From the IMG/VR virus record IMGVR_UViG_3300024054_000269, positions 96,001 to 160,000 of that record: DNA of 64,000 bases; one strand, written 5' to 3'. The notes under the pieces are model-generated. The model did no database searches. It worked only from the letters and a program-made list of their open reading frames with translations, and was not told where the DNA came from. The position numbers and the translations under genes are program-made. The first letter of the stretch is position 1; every line of letters starts with the position of its first letter. The stretch is from a virus. Shown piece after piece: positions 19,120 through 29,416 of this stretch.

Positions 19120-20606
19120 ACAGATTATTCAGATCAGTAATTCAAATTGGAAGCGTACCCGATGAAGAAGACGCTTTACAGAATTGGAATAGACTACAAG
19201 AACATATTGTAGAATTTGATGACGAAGAAGGGAAGAAAGTTTTTGATTATTTAGTTCAATTTTATAGCCAGATGAATTCTCCACCAGATTTTTCTTTGGT
19301 TAGAGAATTTTTTGAAAAACAAGATGAGATAGAAGTTCTCGAAAAATTAGAGGATATTAAGAAATCGCAACACTATATTAGAACAAATTTCTTAGCCATT
19401 TTAAAAACGATAGTAGAACAACAACAGGTCAAAAATTTTATTTTAGCGTGTAGAGATGCTCAAACAATAGCTGAACATGGAAGAAATCTAAACAAACCAA
19501 TAGAAGGGAAGAAAATATTAAAAGGCGTAAACGATGCAGTTAATTTTATTTATTCAAAATTGTCTGATTTTACTAGAATAGAAGCTGGAACAAAACTTGA
19601 AGGCGTTGTTTCAGAAGATTCTGAGGAATTTATTGGTGAGTATGATAAAATTTCAGCAGAAGGCAATTTTACAGATAGAAATTTATTTGGACTTGAACCA
19701 GTTGATGTGGCTTGTATGGGTCACAGACGTGGTGAATATTGGATTCACGCTGGATTTTCAGGGGAATTGAAAACTACCTTAGCATTAAATTATGCATATA
19801 ATAATGTAATGGTTTATGGTCGAAATATATTTTATGCAATTTTAGAAATGCCTTATGAACAGCTTAGAAGACAATTATACGTAATTCATTCTTCGAACGG
19901 AAAATTCGTAACAGATTGGCATAAAGAAGACGGTTACACTGGGTTAGATTATAGAAAAGTTCGCGATGGTATGTTGTCTGATAGGGACTACAAGAGGTTA
20001 AAAATCGTTGCACAAGATTTTAAAGCTACAGCGAAAGGAACATTGTATGTCTGGAGGCCAGATGACGAAGTTACTTTATCAGATATTAAACGAAGAGCGG
20101 AGATGTTTCACAACAAATATGATTGTGATGGAATAATAATTGATCATTTGGGTTTAGTTAGACCAAAACGAACAGTTTCTGACTATGTTGTTTCTTTGAA
20201 TAACACGGTAAGAGAAACAAGGTTGTTAGCTTTAAATTTTGCACGCGGAAGAGCTGTTCCATTATTAGCTCTTTTTCAAATTAACCGTCAAGGAAAAATG
20301 CGAGCCGATAAAAATGATGGTAGATATGACTATGCGTCGATAGCCTACGCAAATGAGGCAGAAAAATCAGCTGACGTAATAACGTATACATATTTAAATG
20401 ACCAACTTAGAAAAGACGGAAAGTTCTTTCTTGGGTGTCTAAAGAACCGCGACAATCCTTTATTCGAGCGTATGATTGGAAAAATTATTTGGCAAAGTAA
20501 AAGAATGAGAGCACTGGAAAATGATTTGATTGATTTTGATAACGATAGAATAGTTAGTGCTTCAAAACGAATAACAAATCTTACTACTTCTGATCTTCTG
20601 TCGTAG
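19116..20606 (+). CDS. dnaB: DnaB-like replicative helicase
   Basis: GFSGELKTT P-loop variant, ILEMP, IIIDHLGLV, LFQINRQG, AEKSAD, LKNRD. Confidence 0.85.
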   Translation: MNRLFRSVIQIGSVPDEEDALQNWNRLQEHIVEFDDEEGKKVFDYLVQFYSQMNSPPDFSLVREFFEKQDEIEVLEKLEDIKKSQHYIRTNFLAILKTIVEQQQVKNFILACRDAQTIAEHGRNLNKPIEGKKILKGVNDAVNFIYSKLSDFTRIEAGTKLEGVVSEDSEEFIGEYDKISAEGNFTDRNLFGLEPVDVACMGHRRGEYWIHAGFSGELKTTLALNYAYNNVMVYGRNIFYAILEMPYEQLRRQLYVIHSSNGKFVTDWHKEDGYTGLDYRKVRDGMLSDRDYKRLKIVAQDFKATAKGTLYVWRPDDEVTLSDIKRRAEMFHNKYDCDGIIIDHLGLVRPKRTVSDYVVSLNNTVRETRLLALNFARGRAVPLLALFQINRQGKMRADKNDGRYDYASIAYANEAEKSADVITYTYLNDQLRKDGKFFLGCLKNRDNPLFERMIGKIIWQSKRMRALENDLIDFDNDRIVSASKRITNLTTSDLLS

Positions 20607-20886
20607 GAGATTCAACATACTTATCAAGTTTTGTGTAGTAATCTGAGACTTCCAAAAGATGTGCTAACGCTATTCTAGCGGCTTTTTCTAAACTATGACC
20701 TATAACATCAGTTTGGCCACCATCATCGCCATGTTCCATTTCAATTTCAATGCCGCGACGAAATTCATTTATATCGATGTCCCCCCAATTTATTCCAATT
20801 TTATCACCAAGCTCTTTAGCTTGCTCGAAAGACACTGGTTGTTTCCATGTTCCAGCAATACGATATGCAATGGTTGATAATTTCAT
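20584..20886 (-). CDS. DUF5661-like protein
   Basis: EFRRGIEIEMEH...ARIALAHLLEVSDYYTKL; likely start MKLSTIAYRIAG at 20886. Confidence 0.7.
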   Translation of the reverse strand: MKLSTIAYRIAGTWKQPVSFEQAKELGDKIGINWGDIDINEFRRGIEIEMEHGDDGGQTDVIGHSLEKAARIALAHLLEVSDYYTKLDKYVESPTTEDQK

Positions 20887-20931
20887 ATTAAATGTCTTAG
20901 AATAAAGATTCAAACTGATGTAATTTTTAAA

Positions 20932-21159
20932 ATGATAGATTCTCAACACATTTTTATTTCGATAAATGGTAAAATCCATTTGTTTAAACGTGTTTTGCGT
21001 GTTAATTATGCAAAAAGCGTGTCATTCTGTGGTTTGGAACCAATGCCTGCAAGGCCGATAACAATTCAATCGACAGATTTAAGTGAATGGGATAAAAAAA
21101 GTTGTTTGTGCCAAGAGTGTAAAAATCTAATATTTACATCAGAGGTCTGTGATGGTTGA
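20932..21159 (+). CDS. hypothetical protein
   Basis: 75 aa with CG...CQEC, overlaps next gene. Confidence 0.45.
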   Translation: MIDSQHIFISINGKIHLFKRVLRVNYAKSVSFCGLEPMPARPITIQSTDLSEWDKKSCLCQECKNLIFTSEVCDG

Positions 21160-21751
21160 ATTTTCTGATTCAGAAAAAAGATTAATAAAACAGAGAGTTG
21201 CAGCAGTTAATTCTGTTTTTACAGCATTTGACGCCCTAAATGAAAACGGTGTTATTATCACTGATAGGGGCTCGCCAATTCAAATTTCGTGTGTTTTACC
21301 TCAACATGGCCCAGACAAAAAACCAAGTGCAAGATATTATCCAGGAGAGGGCGGAGAAATACCTCATTTTTATTGTTTCAAATGCAAAGTTAGAATGAAT
21401 AGTGTTGAGATTCATGCAAAATCAAAAGGAATAACATTTTTCCAAGCATTATCTGAATTAGAAAAAAGATTTGACATCAAACCACCAAAGAAATCAGATC
21501 AAATTGACGATAATAAACCAAAAATTGATGTAGTTGCACGTCTTTTTCCATTAGCAGAAAAGAAATTAAGAAATATCAGAAACAAATGCGGGATGAACGA
21601 TTATATAAAAATTTGCAGAACACTAGATTCAATAGATTGGGATTTAAGACATGGAAATGGTAAACCAACACCAGAGATGGAAGCAGCGTTAAAACAAATA
21701 TTGGAAAAAATTAGAAACTTAGATTCAGAGAACAGTCATGGAATTGAATGA
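21149..21751 (+). CDS. stand-alone primase zinc-binding (CHC2-type) domain protein
   Basis: ISCVLPQHGPDKKPSA..Y...FYCFKC...F..AL..LEKRF; no TOPRIM domain. Confidence 0.7.
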   Translation: MMVEFSDSEKRLIKQRVAAVNSVFTAFDALNENGVIITDRGSPIQISCVLPQHGPDKKPSARYYPGEGGEIPHFYCFKCKVRMNSVEIHAKSKGITFFQALSELEKRFDIKPPKKSDQIDDNKPKIDVVARLFPLAEKKLRNIRNKCGMNDYIKICRTLDSIDWDLRHGNGKPTPEMEAALKQILEKIRNLDSENSHGIE

Positions 21752-22166
21752 ATATTCAATTCTCCTGAACACCGGAGAAAGATTTGAAATCGTAGAAATA
21801 AGAAAAGATCAAATAACTAATATAGATTTGAGTTTAGTTTTAGACAAATGTCCGGTAATACCTCGTGAAATTGTTGAAGAAGCAAAATTGGGGCATAGTA
21901 AAAGATTCCAATTGTTGTTGAATACTAATCCAATTGGCTCTTTGATGAAATTTAAAAAACCAAACTGTAGGCTTATAAATAACTGTGCAATGGCCGATAA
22001 GAAAATTTGTTTAACAACAAATGTTAACAACAAATCTGGAAATTTTCCTGAGTGTTGGGAATTCACAAATGATATAGATACAGAATTTTTGGACGAAAGT
22101 TCTGAATTAATAACTAAAATCGTCCATTTGTGGAAAATGAATAAATATGTGATAATCAGTGATTAG
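21738..22166 (+). CDS. hypothetical Cys-containing protein
   Basis: 142 aa ORF in replication operon. Confidence 0.55.
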   Translation: MELNEYSILLNTGERFEIVEIRKDQITNIDLSLVLDKCPVIPREIVEEAKLGHSKRFQLLLNTNPIGSLMKFKKPNCRLINNCAMADKKICLTTNVNNKSGNFPECWEFTNDIDTEFLDESSELITKIVHLWKMNKYVIISD

Positions 22167-23238
22167 TTTTGTTAAATTCAATTTTCAACTCCTCAACCAA
22201 CTTTCTGGCTCTTGGTGTCAATGTTGATGGCAAAATTGCTTTTAATACAACAATAAGATCACCTTTGTTTTTAGTTTTTATGTTTGTTGCTCCAGCACCT
22301 TTGACTATTACTTCATGATCTGGTTGCATGCCGGGCAATATGTCTATATTGACGTTGCTTCCATTTGGTAACTTTATGTTTTGTTTCAATCCGATTAAGA
22401 AATCAATAATTGGCGTATAATGAATAATCTTTAAATTGTCGCCAATTCTTGAACATTCTTCTCTTTGATCAACATAAATCGTTACGTAAAGGTCGCCTGG
22501 TTCACCATTTTCTATAAAATTTCCTTTTCCTTGAATTCTTAATTTTTGTCCAGCTTCAACACCTGGTGGAATAAAAATAGACACAAACTTTATTGATTTT
22601 GTTTTACCAGAACCGTGGCATGTTTTACATGACGAAATGAACAAAACACCAAGCCCGTTGCACACATCACATGTGATTACGTTCATGACGTGTTTTCTAG
22701 ACGAAATGATTTTCCCATGGCCAGCACAAGATTTACACGGTATCTTTTTACCGTTCACATCCTTGCCTGATCCAGAACAATCATTACAATTCAAATCTCT
22801 TTTTACGGATTCTATTTTAAGTTCCTTCTTACACCCATTTAATGATTCTTCAAGAGACAGTAATATATCAACTTCTATATCTTTTCCTTTTCCTTTTCCT
22901 ACTGAATCATCAAACCCATCAAACCCATCAAACCCATTATTAAACATGTCTTGAAAATGATTCATAAAATCAGAAAATCCTGGACCACTGGTTCTTGACC
23001 ACCTAGTCCCAGGGCTAAATTGAAATGATTTCGAATTATCGTATTTATTTCTTCTATCTGGATCAGATAAAACTGAATAAGCCTCAGACGCAGCTTTCAT
23101 TTTGTTTTCTGAATCTTGGCAGCCTGGATTTTTGTCTGGATGATATTCTTTGGCTATTTTTTGGAATGCTTTTTTTATTTGTTCAGAAGTGGCATTTTTT
23201 GGGATGCCAAGAATGCTATAATAATCGGTGTTGTTCAT
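22156..23238 (-). CDS. dnaJ: full-length class A DnaJ chaperone
   Basis: J domain with HPD, G/F-rich linker, four CxxCxGxG repeats, C-terminal domain. Confidence 0.92.
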   Translation of the reverse strand: MNNTDYYSILGIPKNATSEQIKKAFQKIAKEYHPDKNPGCQDSENKMKAASEAYSVLSDPDRRNKYDNSKSFQFSPGTRWSRTSGPGFSDFMNHFQDMFNNGFDGFDGFDDSVGKGKGKDIEVDILLSLEESLNGCKKELKIESVKRDLNCNDCSGSGKDVNGKKIPCKSCAGHGKIISSRKHVMNVITCDVCNGLGVLFISSCKTCHGSGKTKSIKFVSIFIPPGVEAGQKLRIQGKGNFIENGEPGDLYVTIYVDQREECSRIGDNLKIIHYTPIIDFLIGLKQNIKLPNGSNVNIDILPGMQPDHEVIVKGAGATNIKTKNKGDLIVVLKAILPSTLTPRARKLVEELKIEFNKTNH

Positions 23239-23254
23239 TTGAATGACCTAGTAA

Positions 23255-23260
23255 TGTAAT
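23255..23260 (+). promoter_or_regulatory. TGTAAT -10-like box 6 nt before polA start
   Basis: One of 15 similarly placed copies (see findings). Confidence 0.55.
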
Positions 23261-23266
23261 CTGACA

Positions 23267-25993
23267 ATGATGGAACTCCAGCAACTTGATGACAAAGTAG
23301 ACATTAAAAAATCTTGGTTTTCTGAATATTCGTTTCATTTAGTATCAAACCAAGAGCAGTTTTCTAAACTTGTTGACATGTGTGTTAAACGTGGTTTGTG
23401 TTCACTCGATGTCGAAACGACAGGTGTTGATAATCGAATATATCCCGATACACACTTCAATGACGGAAAAAAATCTAAACACGGAATAAGAACTATTGAT
23501 AAGGTTGTTGGATTATGCATTTCTTTTGATGGCAAAAATGGGTACTATGTTCCTCTGAATCATGAACCATCAGATTCAAACAATTTACCTTGGGACTCTA
23601 CCTGCGATGATTTAACAAGGCTTTGCAATGGTTGTAGGATAATTTTTCATAATTCGAAATTTGATCAAGAAATGTTATACCCGATGACGGGTAAGGAATT
23701 TTGGAAAATTAACGAATATGAAGATACAATGCTTATGGCAGGCGTTTTAAACCCGCTTAAAGCATTACCAAAAGGTCTTAAACAATTATCAAAGCTACAG
23801 TTTGGTATTGATATGATAGAATTAAATGAATTGTTTACTGAAGAACAAACCAAACAATTGGAATTAAACAAACAAGGCAAAAATTTCGGTATTTTACATC
23901 CTAAAGAAGGCCTTGAATACGGATGTTCTGACGGAATTTTTACTTACAAATTGTTTTTTTCTTTGAAAGACAAATTGAGAGAGAATGATTCTAGTATATA
24001 CGACCTAGAAAAAACATTTTGCAATATTTTGAGAAAAATGGAAAGAAACAGAGTAAGGCTTAATATAAAATTAGTTGAAGAACTAAATAATGAATGCAAT
24101 AAATCAATGCAAAATATCGGAGACTCAATAAGAAACTTTATTGAATCAAAAACTGGAAATACTGGAAAGTGGCTAAGTTTGAATGTCGGATCTGGCGATC
24201 AATTAAGGAAAGCTATTTTCCTTGATGTTGATGGTTTGAAATTAAAACCAATACCAGAAATGTTTGATTCTGAATCTGGTTCTGGATCAGACGATGATGA
24301 TGCTGCTGCTGATGTTACTTTTACACTAAAAGATGAAGCGCTCAAGGCTCTTTTAAAGGCATATTCAAAGTTGGTTATAAAAATTGATGGCACTGAAAAA
24401 ACAATATTTGGATGGGTTCTTGATTATAGGCATTATGAGAAGATGGAAGGTTCATTCACGTCTAAATTTATACAATCACATGATAAATACGGAGAGGTAA
24501 GGCCTGATTACAAACAAATAGGTACTGACACTGCTCGTCTTTCTTCGAAAGCCGGTGAAATCAAACATGGCTATTCTGGTGTCAATTTTCAAGGAATGCC
24601 AAGAGACTCTGATGATGATAAACCAGAAACATTTAAAAGATTAAGAGAATGTATAATACCAAGAGATGACTATGTTCTCGTAAAAATAGATTATGCTGGG
24701 GAAGAACTGAGGGTTGTTACAAATTTGTCAGGAGACCCAATTTGGACGAAATCATTCTTGCACGAAGACGGTGATGTCCATTCAATTACAACCAAAATCT
24801 TGTATGGAAAACAAAATATAACAAAAGATGAAAGAAATAGGGGGAAAAGGTGCAATTTCGCCGTTATTTACGGCGGAGGGGCTGGCGCAATATCTAGAAA
24901 TATTGGTTGTTCAATTGAAGATGGCGGGCGCATGCTTGACAATCTTAGAAGTGGCGTCCCAATTTTAATGGGGTATTCAGATCAACAAAGGCGCTTTGCA
25001 AAACAAAATAAATGCATCTACACAGCTTTTGGCAGAAGAATACCAATACCAACAATAGATCATCAAGTTGTTGCAATTAGAAGAAAAGCAGAAAGATGCG
25101 CCATTAATTACACCATTCAGTCAACATCAGCAGACGTATTGAAATTGGCAATGTGTTTCGTCGATAAAAACATAAGAAAAAGAGGGTGGGAAGACAAATT
25201 AAAATATGTTATGACTGTTCACGATGAAGTCGTTTATGAAATAAAACCAGAAATACTTCAAGAAGCTATACCATTATTAAATGAATGGATGGTGTTGCCT
25301 TGGAAATTGCCAAAGGCACATGGTAAAGCATGGGTTGTTCCGCTCGAAACTGAACCAGATATTGATTTGAGTTGGAGAGCAAAATACAACTTCTTCAAGA
25401 TGGTTGATGGTATAAAACCAAAACCAAGTGATGTTGATAAAAATGGCAATTTTGTTGGTGATTTAAAAAAGAACGAATATTTCCATAATGGAAAAATATA
25501 CCAGAGTATACCAGATTTTTTGAAGCCTTGGATAAAAAGAACCGATCAACTCGATGATAACGACGTCGACAATGATGAAATAAAATTAGACACGAAATTA
25601 AAGGAAGATGATGAAGTAAAATCAGATATAGTGGTTGTTTCAAATGAAGAAACTGTCTCTGTGGACGCAACATTATCTGATGTTGAAGTACATGATAATG
25701 TTGCGTCAGTTTCACCAATAAAAGATCTTGCTGGGCTTTCAACTAATACAGAACAAAAAGAACAAGTTGAACCTAAAAAAGAATCAAATGGCCATATTTT
25801 AAATTGGATAATTAAATCACCGTTGAACCACATGAATGTTAAAAAATTGCAGGCCATATGTTTATTAACCGACGGTGAAACACCATTAAGAATAAGTTTA
25901 CCAAACGGCGTAATTGTGGTAGACGATTCTAAAGGCATAAAAGTTAAAGAGGATGAATTTGTTATATTGACAAGGTTGTTTGGACTTGGATAA
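23267..25993 (+). CDS. polA: family A DNA polymerase with 3'-5' exonuclease
   Basis: LDVETTG, FHNSKFD (exo); DYAGEELR (A), KRCNFAVIYG (B), TVHDE (C); no 5'-3' exo; extra C-terminal domain. Confidence 0.92.
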   Translation: MMELQQLDDKVDIKKSWFSEYSFHLVSNQEQFSKLVDMCVKRGLCSLDVETTGVDNRIYPDTHFNDGKKSKHGIRTIDKVVGLCISFDGKNGYYVPLNHEPSDSNNLPWDSTCDDLTRLCNGCRIIFHNSKFDQEMLYPMTGKEFWKINEYEDTMLMAGVLNPLKALPKGLKQLSKLQFGIDMIELNELFTEEQTKQLELNKQGKNFGILHPKEGLEYGCSDGIFTYKLFFSLKDKLRENDSSIYDLEKTFCNILRKMERNRVRLNIKLVEELNNECNKSMQNIGDSIRNFIESKTGNTGKWLSLNVGSGDQLRKAIFLDVDGLKLKPIPEMFDSESGSGSDDDDAAADVTFTLKDEALKALLKAYSKLVIKIDGTEKTIFGWVLDYRHYEKMEGSFTSKFIQSHDKYGEVRPDYKQIGTDTARLSSKAGEIKHGYSGVNFQGMPRDSDDDKPETFKRLRECIIPRDDYVLVKIDYAGEELRVVTNLSGDPIWTKSFLHEDGDVHSITTKILYGKQNITKDERNRGKRCNFAVIYGGGAGAISRNIGCSIEDGGRMLDNLRSGVPILMGYSDQQRRFAKQNKCIYTAFGRRIPIPTIDHQVVAIRRKAERCAINYTIQSTSADVLKLAMCFVDKNIRKRGWEDKLKYVMTVHDEVVYEIKPEILQEAIPLLNEWMVLPWKLPKAHGKAWVVPLETEPDIDLSWRAKYNFFKMVDGIKPKPSDVDKNGNFVGDLKKNEYFHNGKIYQSIPDFLKPWIKRTDQLDDNDVDNDEIKLDTKLKEDDEVKSDIVVVSNEETVSVDATLSDVEVHDNVASVSPIKDLAGLSTNTEQKEQVEPKKESNGHILNWIIKSPLNHMNVKKLQAICLLTDGETPLRISLPNGVIVVDDSKGIKVKEDEFVILTRLFGLG

Positions 25994-26477
25994 TTCATCA
26001 ATTTTTTTAAATGAAGGTGAAGTAAAAGTTCTTAGTGTGGATAAGAGTAACAGACAGGCGTTGTTATTTTTCAATGTGCCGTTATATTTAGCCCAATCAG
26101 CATTGCCAGCTCTATTATACAGTGGTGTTATTGAGTCATTTTCATTGTCAAATCCAATATCAGTTTTTATACCAAATTTTAAAGACGAAGATGTTGTTAA
26201 TAAATTGCTCACAAATAAATTGAATTCAAAAGTGTCGAAATCAATATCTGATTCAATCTCGCTTTACAAACAATCATTACAAGTTCTAAAACGACCATCT
26301 GATATAATTTCATTATTACCAGTTGGTGTTTATGTATCATTTGCATATAAATGCAGTATAGATGCGTTTATTTCATCAATGAACGATAGATGGGTAATTG
26401 AAGAAAACTCATACGAACATGAATTTAAATGGGCTGTATCTAAAATTATGGCATCAATTCTAAATGACATTGGTTGA
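25980..26477 (+). CDS. degenerate ThyX-fold protein
   Basis: F.VPLYLAQ and DIISLLPVGVY...RW......EFKWAVSKIMASIL echo ThyX; RHRxxSxxxxSxR catalytic motif missing. Confidence 0.45.
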   Translation: MDLDNSSIFLNEGEVKVLSVDKSNRQALLFFNVPLYLAQSALPALLYSGVIESFSLSNPISVFIPNFKDEDVVNKLLTNKLNSKVSKSISDSISLYKQSLQVLKRPSDIISLLPVGVYVSFAYKCSIDAFISSMNDRWVIEENSYEHEFKWAVSKIMASILNDIG

Positions 26478-27326
26478 ATTTCTTAACAACTTTGGTGAAC
26501 GCACCTTTACTTTTACAGAAAACCATTTGTGTTTTGTGTTTGAATTTTCAGTTACTTCAATAACGTCACATGATATAATGTCGTCGTATTTTAGCATTAG
26601 TTTTTTAGCAACGAGTGCTCCATACATATGGGCTCTATGAAAATTCATGTTCATTGATTGATATTCACCATCAATGTGTTCTTTACCAACTTCTATAACG
26701 TCGTCTATTGCGTTATCAGTTAATTTTTCGATTTTAACACCCATTTCCAGTAACACTGATTTAGTGTAGTCAATTATGGAAACTGGATTCAACATATGTT
26801 CGAATGTTGATTTCAATGCCGGATTTTTTGATATTTTATCTAAAGCTAACTCTTTTTGATTATTCCTTTTTTCATCTTCATATTTCTTAAGACCTAGTGA
26901 TGATGATATGCCTGGGTGAATTATCAAGCCCGGGTGATGAATGTTCCCATTCTCATCAGTCCAGTCTTGCGGTCTATAAAATGATGATTCGTCTGCCTTT
27001 ATAATAGCTCTTCCGGTGTCTGTGTCTATTATGTATAAGCCCGGGTTTTCTTTTTGATATTTGTATTCATCTGCAATTATATTTGCGGCAATTTTTAAAA
27101 AATCGTCGTCGCTTATTTCTTCATTATTTAAATTTTTAAGGAAATTAATTATATTATCAGCTGATTCAAGAGCTGAAAAATTGTTTTCTTCAATTTTGGC
27201 TCTTATGAAATTTAATCTTGATACAGTTATTCTTTTTTTAAGTTCTTTTATTGACTCGATGTCACCATCAGTTTCAGCTTTAGTCAATGCCAAAAAATAA
27301 TCTTTAATTTCTGTCATTTCTGTCAT
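26460..27326 (-). CDS. hypothetical protein
   Basis: 288 aa ORF. Confidence 0.6.
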   Translation of the reverse strand: MTEMTEIKDYFLALTKAETDGDIESIKELKKRITVSRLNFIRAKIEENNFSALESADNIINFLKNLNNEEISDDDFLKIAANIIADEYKYQKENPGLYIIDTDTGRAIIKADESSFYRPQDWTDENGNIHHPGLIIHPGISSSLGLKKYEDEKRNNQKELALDKISKNPALKSTFEHMLNPVSIIDYTKSVLLEMGVKIEKLTDNAIDDVIEVGKEHIDGEYQSMNMNFHRAHMYGALVAKKLMLKYDDIISCDVIEVTENSNTKHKWFSVKVKVRSPKLLRNSTNVI

Positions 27327-27853
27327 TTGTCATCACCAAATGTGAATGTTCCGCCAGGGTCCATAAAAACTTCTGCATCATTTTTAACCATAGACCCTTG
27401 AGTAAATTGTGTATTTAATTTCTTGTCTATTTTATTTGAAACTTCTGTTTGCTTCTCAATCTTCTTTTTTTGTTTTTTTTCTTTTTTGTTTTTTTCAATT
27501 GGCTGTGTGATTTTAATGTCTTCCACGATCGGTTTTTCAATGATTTCAGTTATCGGTTTTGTATCTGGTATACTTTCATTTGGTATCGAGTAAACTTTGA
27601 TCGGATCTGGTTCGATTGATATAAAATGTTTGGCTCTTATGGCATCATACCTATTATCATTATCATCTGCACGCGGGACCTTTAAGAATAATCTATCTTC
27701 CCATTCATTTACTCGTTTGTTGAACAGAGATCCGGCCGCACTTCGCACACATGCGGAATTCGCACATAACCTGCAATATTGATTATTAAAATTATCTATC
27801 GGGGTTCGTTCAAATCCAGACATGCAATCTTTGAGAAAATCTTGTTTGCTCAC
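27323..27853 (-). CDS. hypothetical protein, N-terminal Cys cluster
   Basis: C...YCRLCANSAC; TGTAAA box 7 nt upstream. Confidence 0.6.
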   Translation of the reverse strand: MSKQDFLKDCMSGFERTPIDNFNNQYCRLCANSACVRSAAGSLFNKRVNEWEDRLFLKVPRADDNDNRYDAIRAKHFISIEPDPIKVYSIPNESIPDTKPITEIIEKPIVEDIKITQPIEKNKKEKKQKKKIEKQTEVSNKIDKKLNTQFTQGSMVKNDAEVFMDPGGTFTFGDDK

Positions 27854-27931
27854 AACGTACTTTACACAATCAATTGCGAATTTTGTATTAAATGTGCTAG
27901 AATCAATGATTCACAATAGAGGGAAATAAAC

Positions 27932-28588
27932 GTGATAGCTCAAGAGCTGAATCGATCTAGGACTATCAAGGTAAAAAACCCCATTAAAACACAACGGCTG
28001 CCATGGCCAAGATTATCAGAAGACGAACCAAAAGTTCAGCTTGGAGTTGACGTTGTAGCAAAACAACAAGATATAATAAAAATTGTATACAAATTTTTTA
28101 GAGTCGAAGATATATCAATGGACGAACTTTTACAAGAAGTATATCTTGCAATATTGCATAAAAATCAAACAAGAAGTGCGCATGATCAAAGGAAATCGAG
28201 TTTTGGGCATTATGTTTATATGGTAGCAGATAATGTATGCAAGAATTTGGTCAATAAAAGAAAACGACGAGACAGAGAAAAAGAATCGCTTGATGCACCG
28301 TGTAATGTAGATGGCAGTAGAAGAACGAATTTAGAGGTCATAGAAGATTGTGGGTTTTTGAATGTTGAACCAATTAATAATGATATAGAACCTGCTCAAG
28401 AATTTGAAGAAATCCTTAGAAAAAACGGCAAAAGAGAGCTTGCAAGATATATTAGGGCGGTTAGATACGGTGCAAGGCCTGAGATAATAAAAGAAGCCCT
28501 TTCCTTTGGTCAAAAAAGGTATTCTGCAAAGATGGTAAGAGATTTAAAAACGAAAGTCAAAGAAGCAGCTAAAGAATTTAGTCTTTAA
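27932..28588 (+). CDS. ECF/sigma-70 region 2-like transcription factor
   Basis: DELLQEVYLAILHK...SSFGHYVYMVADNVCKNLVNKRKRR...SLDAP. Confidence 0.7.
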   Translation: MIAQELNRSRTIKVKNPIKTQRLPWPRLSEDEPKVQLGVDVVAKQQDIIKIVYKFFRVEDISMDELLQEVYLAILHKNQTRSAHDQRKSSFGHYVYMVADNVCKNLVNKRKRRDREKESLDAPCNVDGSRRTNLEVIEDCGFLNVEPINNDIEPAQEFEEILRKNGKRELARYIRAVRYGARPEIIKEALSFGQKRYSAKMVRDLKTKVKEAAKEFSL

Positions 28589-28814
28589 TTTTCCATTTAG
28601 AAATACTTTCAATAAAACTGTTTATCGATTTATCCAAATTTTCTTTTGACATTTCATTTTTTAACAAAATTGTTAAATTGCCTCTAATTAGCGATAATCC
28701 AGTTGTTGGGTTTTTCAGCAGTTCCCAACATCCCTTGCAGACATATAAATTGGAACCGTCTTCATCTTTTCCCCTAAATTCACCGTCATTCACACAAAAA
28801 TAACATGTGTTCAT
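28578..28814 (-). CDS. small Zn-finger protein
   Basis: CYFC...VCKGCW. Confidence 0.5.
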   Translation of the reverse strand: MNTCYFCVNDGEFRGKDEDGSNLYVCKGCWELLKNPTTGLSLIRGNLTILLKNEMSKENLDKSINSFIESISKWKIKD

Positions 28815-29416
28815 TGATTAAACTCATTAAATAAAATTGACACCACCTGCTCTATGTCTTTATTAGACTGAGAATATATATTTTCAGCAAAAATTAGCGC
28901 CATTGGTATTGGTAATTTTATTTTAAGAACACCATACGAATCGATTTTTGAATTTATTAGCTTATCAAATTCCAACATTATTTCATCCATGTCAACTGGT
29001 TTATACAGACCGGTCTCACTACTCCATGGGTTGCAATATTCAGGATTTGATGAAACAAAATGTGTTGAACACGTCGGCGGCCTAACCGGATAAGCTGAAC
29101 ATTCACCTTTTTCGTTTAAGACCGGGCATTTTATATTCATTTTAAACCATGATACTGGATTAGAATTTCTAATAACTTTAATTTGATCCAACGATTTAAC
29201 TTTGGTTATTTTCCATTGATTATTGAGTAAATATTCATACATAATTATTGCTTCAGCGACTGTTATGTATAATAATCGGCTACAACAGCCATTGCATCCA
29301 ACCTTGCAAGATATAACGTCTTTGTAAATTGAAAGTCTTTTTTTATCTGACTTGTAAGCCGATTCTATTATTGATAATTTAATCGAATTTAAAGCTTGAG
29401 ACAGTTGAAAGTTCAA
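28811..29416 (-). CDS. YkgJ-family cysteine cluster protein
   Basis: CKVGCNGCC...CPVLNEKGECSAYPVRPPTCSTH. Confidence 0.85.
   Translation of the reverse strand: MNFQLSQALNSIKLSIIESAYKSDKKRLSIYKDVISCKVGCNGCCSRLLYITVAEAIIMYEYLLNNQWKITKVKSLDQIKVIRNSNPVSWFKMNIKCPVLNEKGECSAYPVRPPTCSTHFVSSNPEYCNPWSSETGLYKPVDMDEIMLEFDKLINSKIDSYGVLKIKLPIPMALIFAENIYSQSNKDIEQVVSILFNEFNQ

Noticed and set aside
22908-22938. AAACCCATC x3 microsatellite
   Set aside because: Encodes GFD repeats of the ordinary DnaJ G/F linker.
23267-25993. Intein or intron in polA or the helicases
   Set aside because: No C...HN splice motifs or homing endonuclease insert seen; the SNF2 insertion looks like a coiled coil.
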